Shown piece after piece: positions 51,873 through 52,661 of a DNA stretch of 52,661 bases (its first letter is position 1; the number at the start of each line of letters is the position of its first letter). Both the position numbers and the translations under genes were made by a program. Location: positions 1-52,661 of IMG/VR virus record IMGVR_UViG_3300042541_000817; one strand, given 5' to 3'. The DNA comes from a virus (Duplodnaviria; Caudoviricetes). The notes under the pieces are model-generated. The model saw nothing but the letters and a program-made list of their open reading frames with translations, made no database searches and was not told the DNA's origin.

Positions 51873-52543
51873 GAACAGTATTTAATTCTATGCAATTTAA
51901 AAAAGATATGAACAATATTGTTGATTACTCTGTTGGATTTTTAGAGGGTATTCATAGAGGAAAAACTGTATTTTTAAAAACACTAGGACTAGAAACAGTA
52001 GAACTTATGAAAGAGTTTATAGACTCAAACGCAAGGGTAAACCCAGAAATGCTGCACCATATTTACGAATGGCATCAAACAGGAAGCCCCAGTGCAAGAC
52101 TATACGACATATCATATACCACCAGCCAATTGGGACTATCTTTTAAATCATCTTTTAGTCAGTCTACATCAATTAAGAATGGATCAAGAACTCCGTTTTA
52201 TGACAAGGCAAGAATTATGGAAGAAGGAATTCCAGTTACAATTAGGCCAAGGCTTGCTCAGGCTTTAGCGTTTGAAGATAATGGAGAAATGGTGTTTACA
52301 AAAAATGAAGTTAGAGTTGACAATCCTGGAGGAACTGCAGTAGAAGGTGGTTTTGAAAAAGTGTTTGATATGTTCTTTAATAGATATTTTTCTCAAGCAT
52401 TCTTAAGGGTTAGTGGAGTTGCCAAGTATCTTGAAAATCCAATAGTGTACAAAAAAGATATGGCAGCAGGAAAGAGAATGGGTAGATCAAAAGGAATTTC
52501 AACAGGCTATCGCTGGATTGCTAACGCAGGAGTGGGTGCATAA
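51869..52543 (+). CDS. neck/tail-completion protein (HK97 gp10-like, putative)
   Basis: synteny; MEEG..IRP..ALAF..V.NPG motif. Confidence 0.55.
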   Translation: MRTVFNSMQFKKDMNNIVDYSVGFLEGIHRGKTVFLKTLGLETVELMKEFIDSNARVNPEMLHHIYEWHQTGSPSARLYDISYTTSQLGLSFKSSFSQSTSIKNGSRTPFYDKARIMEEGIPVTIRPRLAQALAFEDNGEMVFTKNEVRVDNPGGTAVEGGFEKVFDMFFNRYFSQAFLRVSGVAKYLENPIVYKKDMAAGKRMGRSKGISTGYRWIANAGVGA

Positions 52544-52661
52544 TGTCAGTAGTCATCGATCATCCACCATCATTTATCAACGCATTTTTACAGCAAAAAC
52601 TTGGTCCAGACTTTGGCGCTATCCCAATGTTTCCAACAGTACCAACAGACATGGCTTCATT
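52543..52661 (+). CDS. 5' part of next structural gene (truncated by window)
   Basis: TAATG coupling; open to the end (MSVVIDHPPSFINAFLQQKL...). Confidence 0.6.
   Translation, partial: MSVVIDHPPSFINAFLQQKLGPDFGAIPMFPTVPTDMAS

Overview
This is a 52.7-kb segment of a large, AT-rich tailed dsDNA phage. Its gene content, leaderless TGnTATAAT promoters and actinobacterial regulator motifs point to a freshwater actinobacterial host (inference). (1) 1-12.6 kb is an early or host-takeover region of about 35 small genes, almost all leftward, including DUF932, a Gp88-like protein and tRNA-Asp. Its intergenic DNA carries 11 PafBC-type TGTCAG-N10-TAnnnT promoters, paired DnaA boxes, CRP palindromes, WhiA-like GACACGCC, 9-bp-period GGACA repeats, a recurring CACGTG, five covarying RNA pseudoknots and a two-fold symmetric ncRNA candidate. 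(2) 12.7-15.5 kb holds an EndoVII-type nuclease, a DHH-like protein, a membrane protein and an AT-rich origin candidate. (3) 15.5-39.6 kb holds tail or fibre genes with two parallel repeat-protein-plus-modifying-enzyme modules. The first is a (PTPVA)x44 protein followed by 2OG-Fe(II) oxygenases, two fucosyltransferase-like enzymes and a GDP-mannose 3,5-epimerase. The second is an FN3 protein ending in a pure Pro/Phe polymer, followed by seven 2OG-Fe(II) oxygenases. (4) 39.7-52.7 kb holds a class II RNR, a large virion protein, portal, prohead protease/scaffold, major capsid and head-tail genes. All family calls come from motif recognition by eye, with no database searches.
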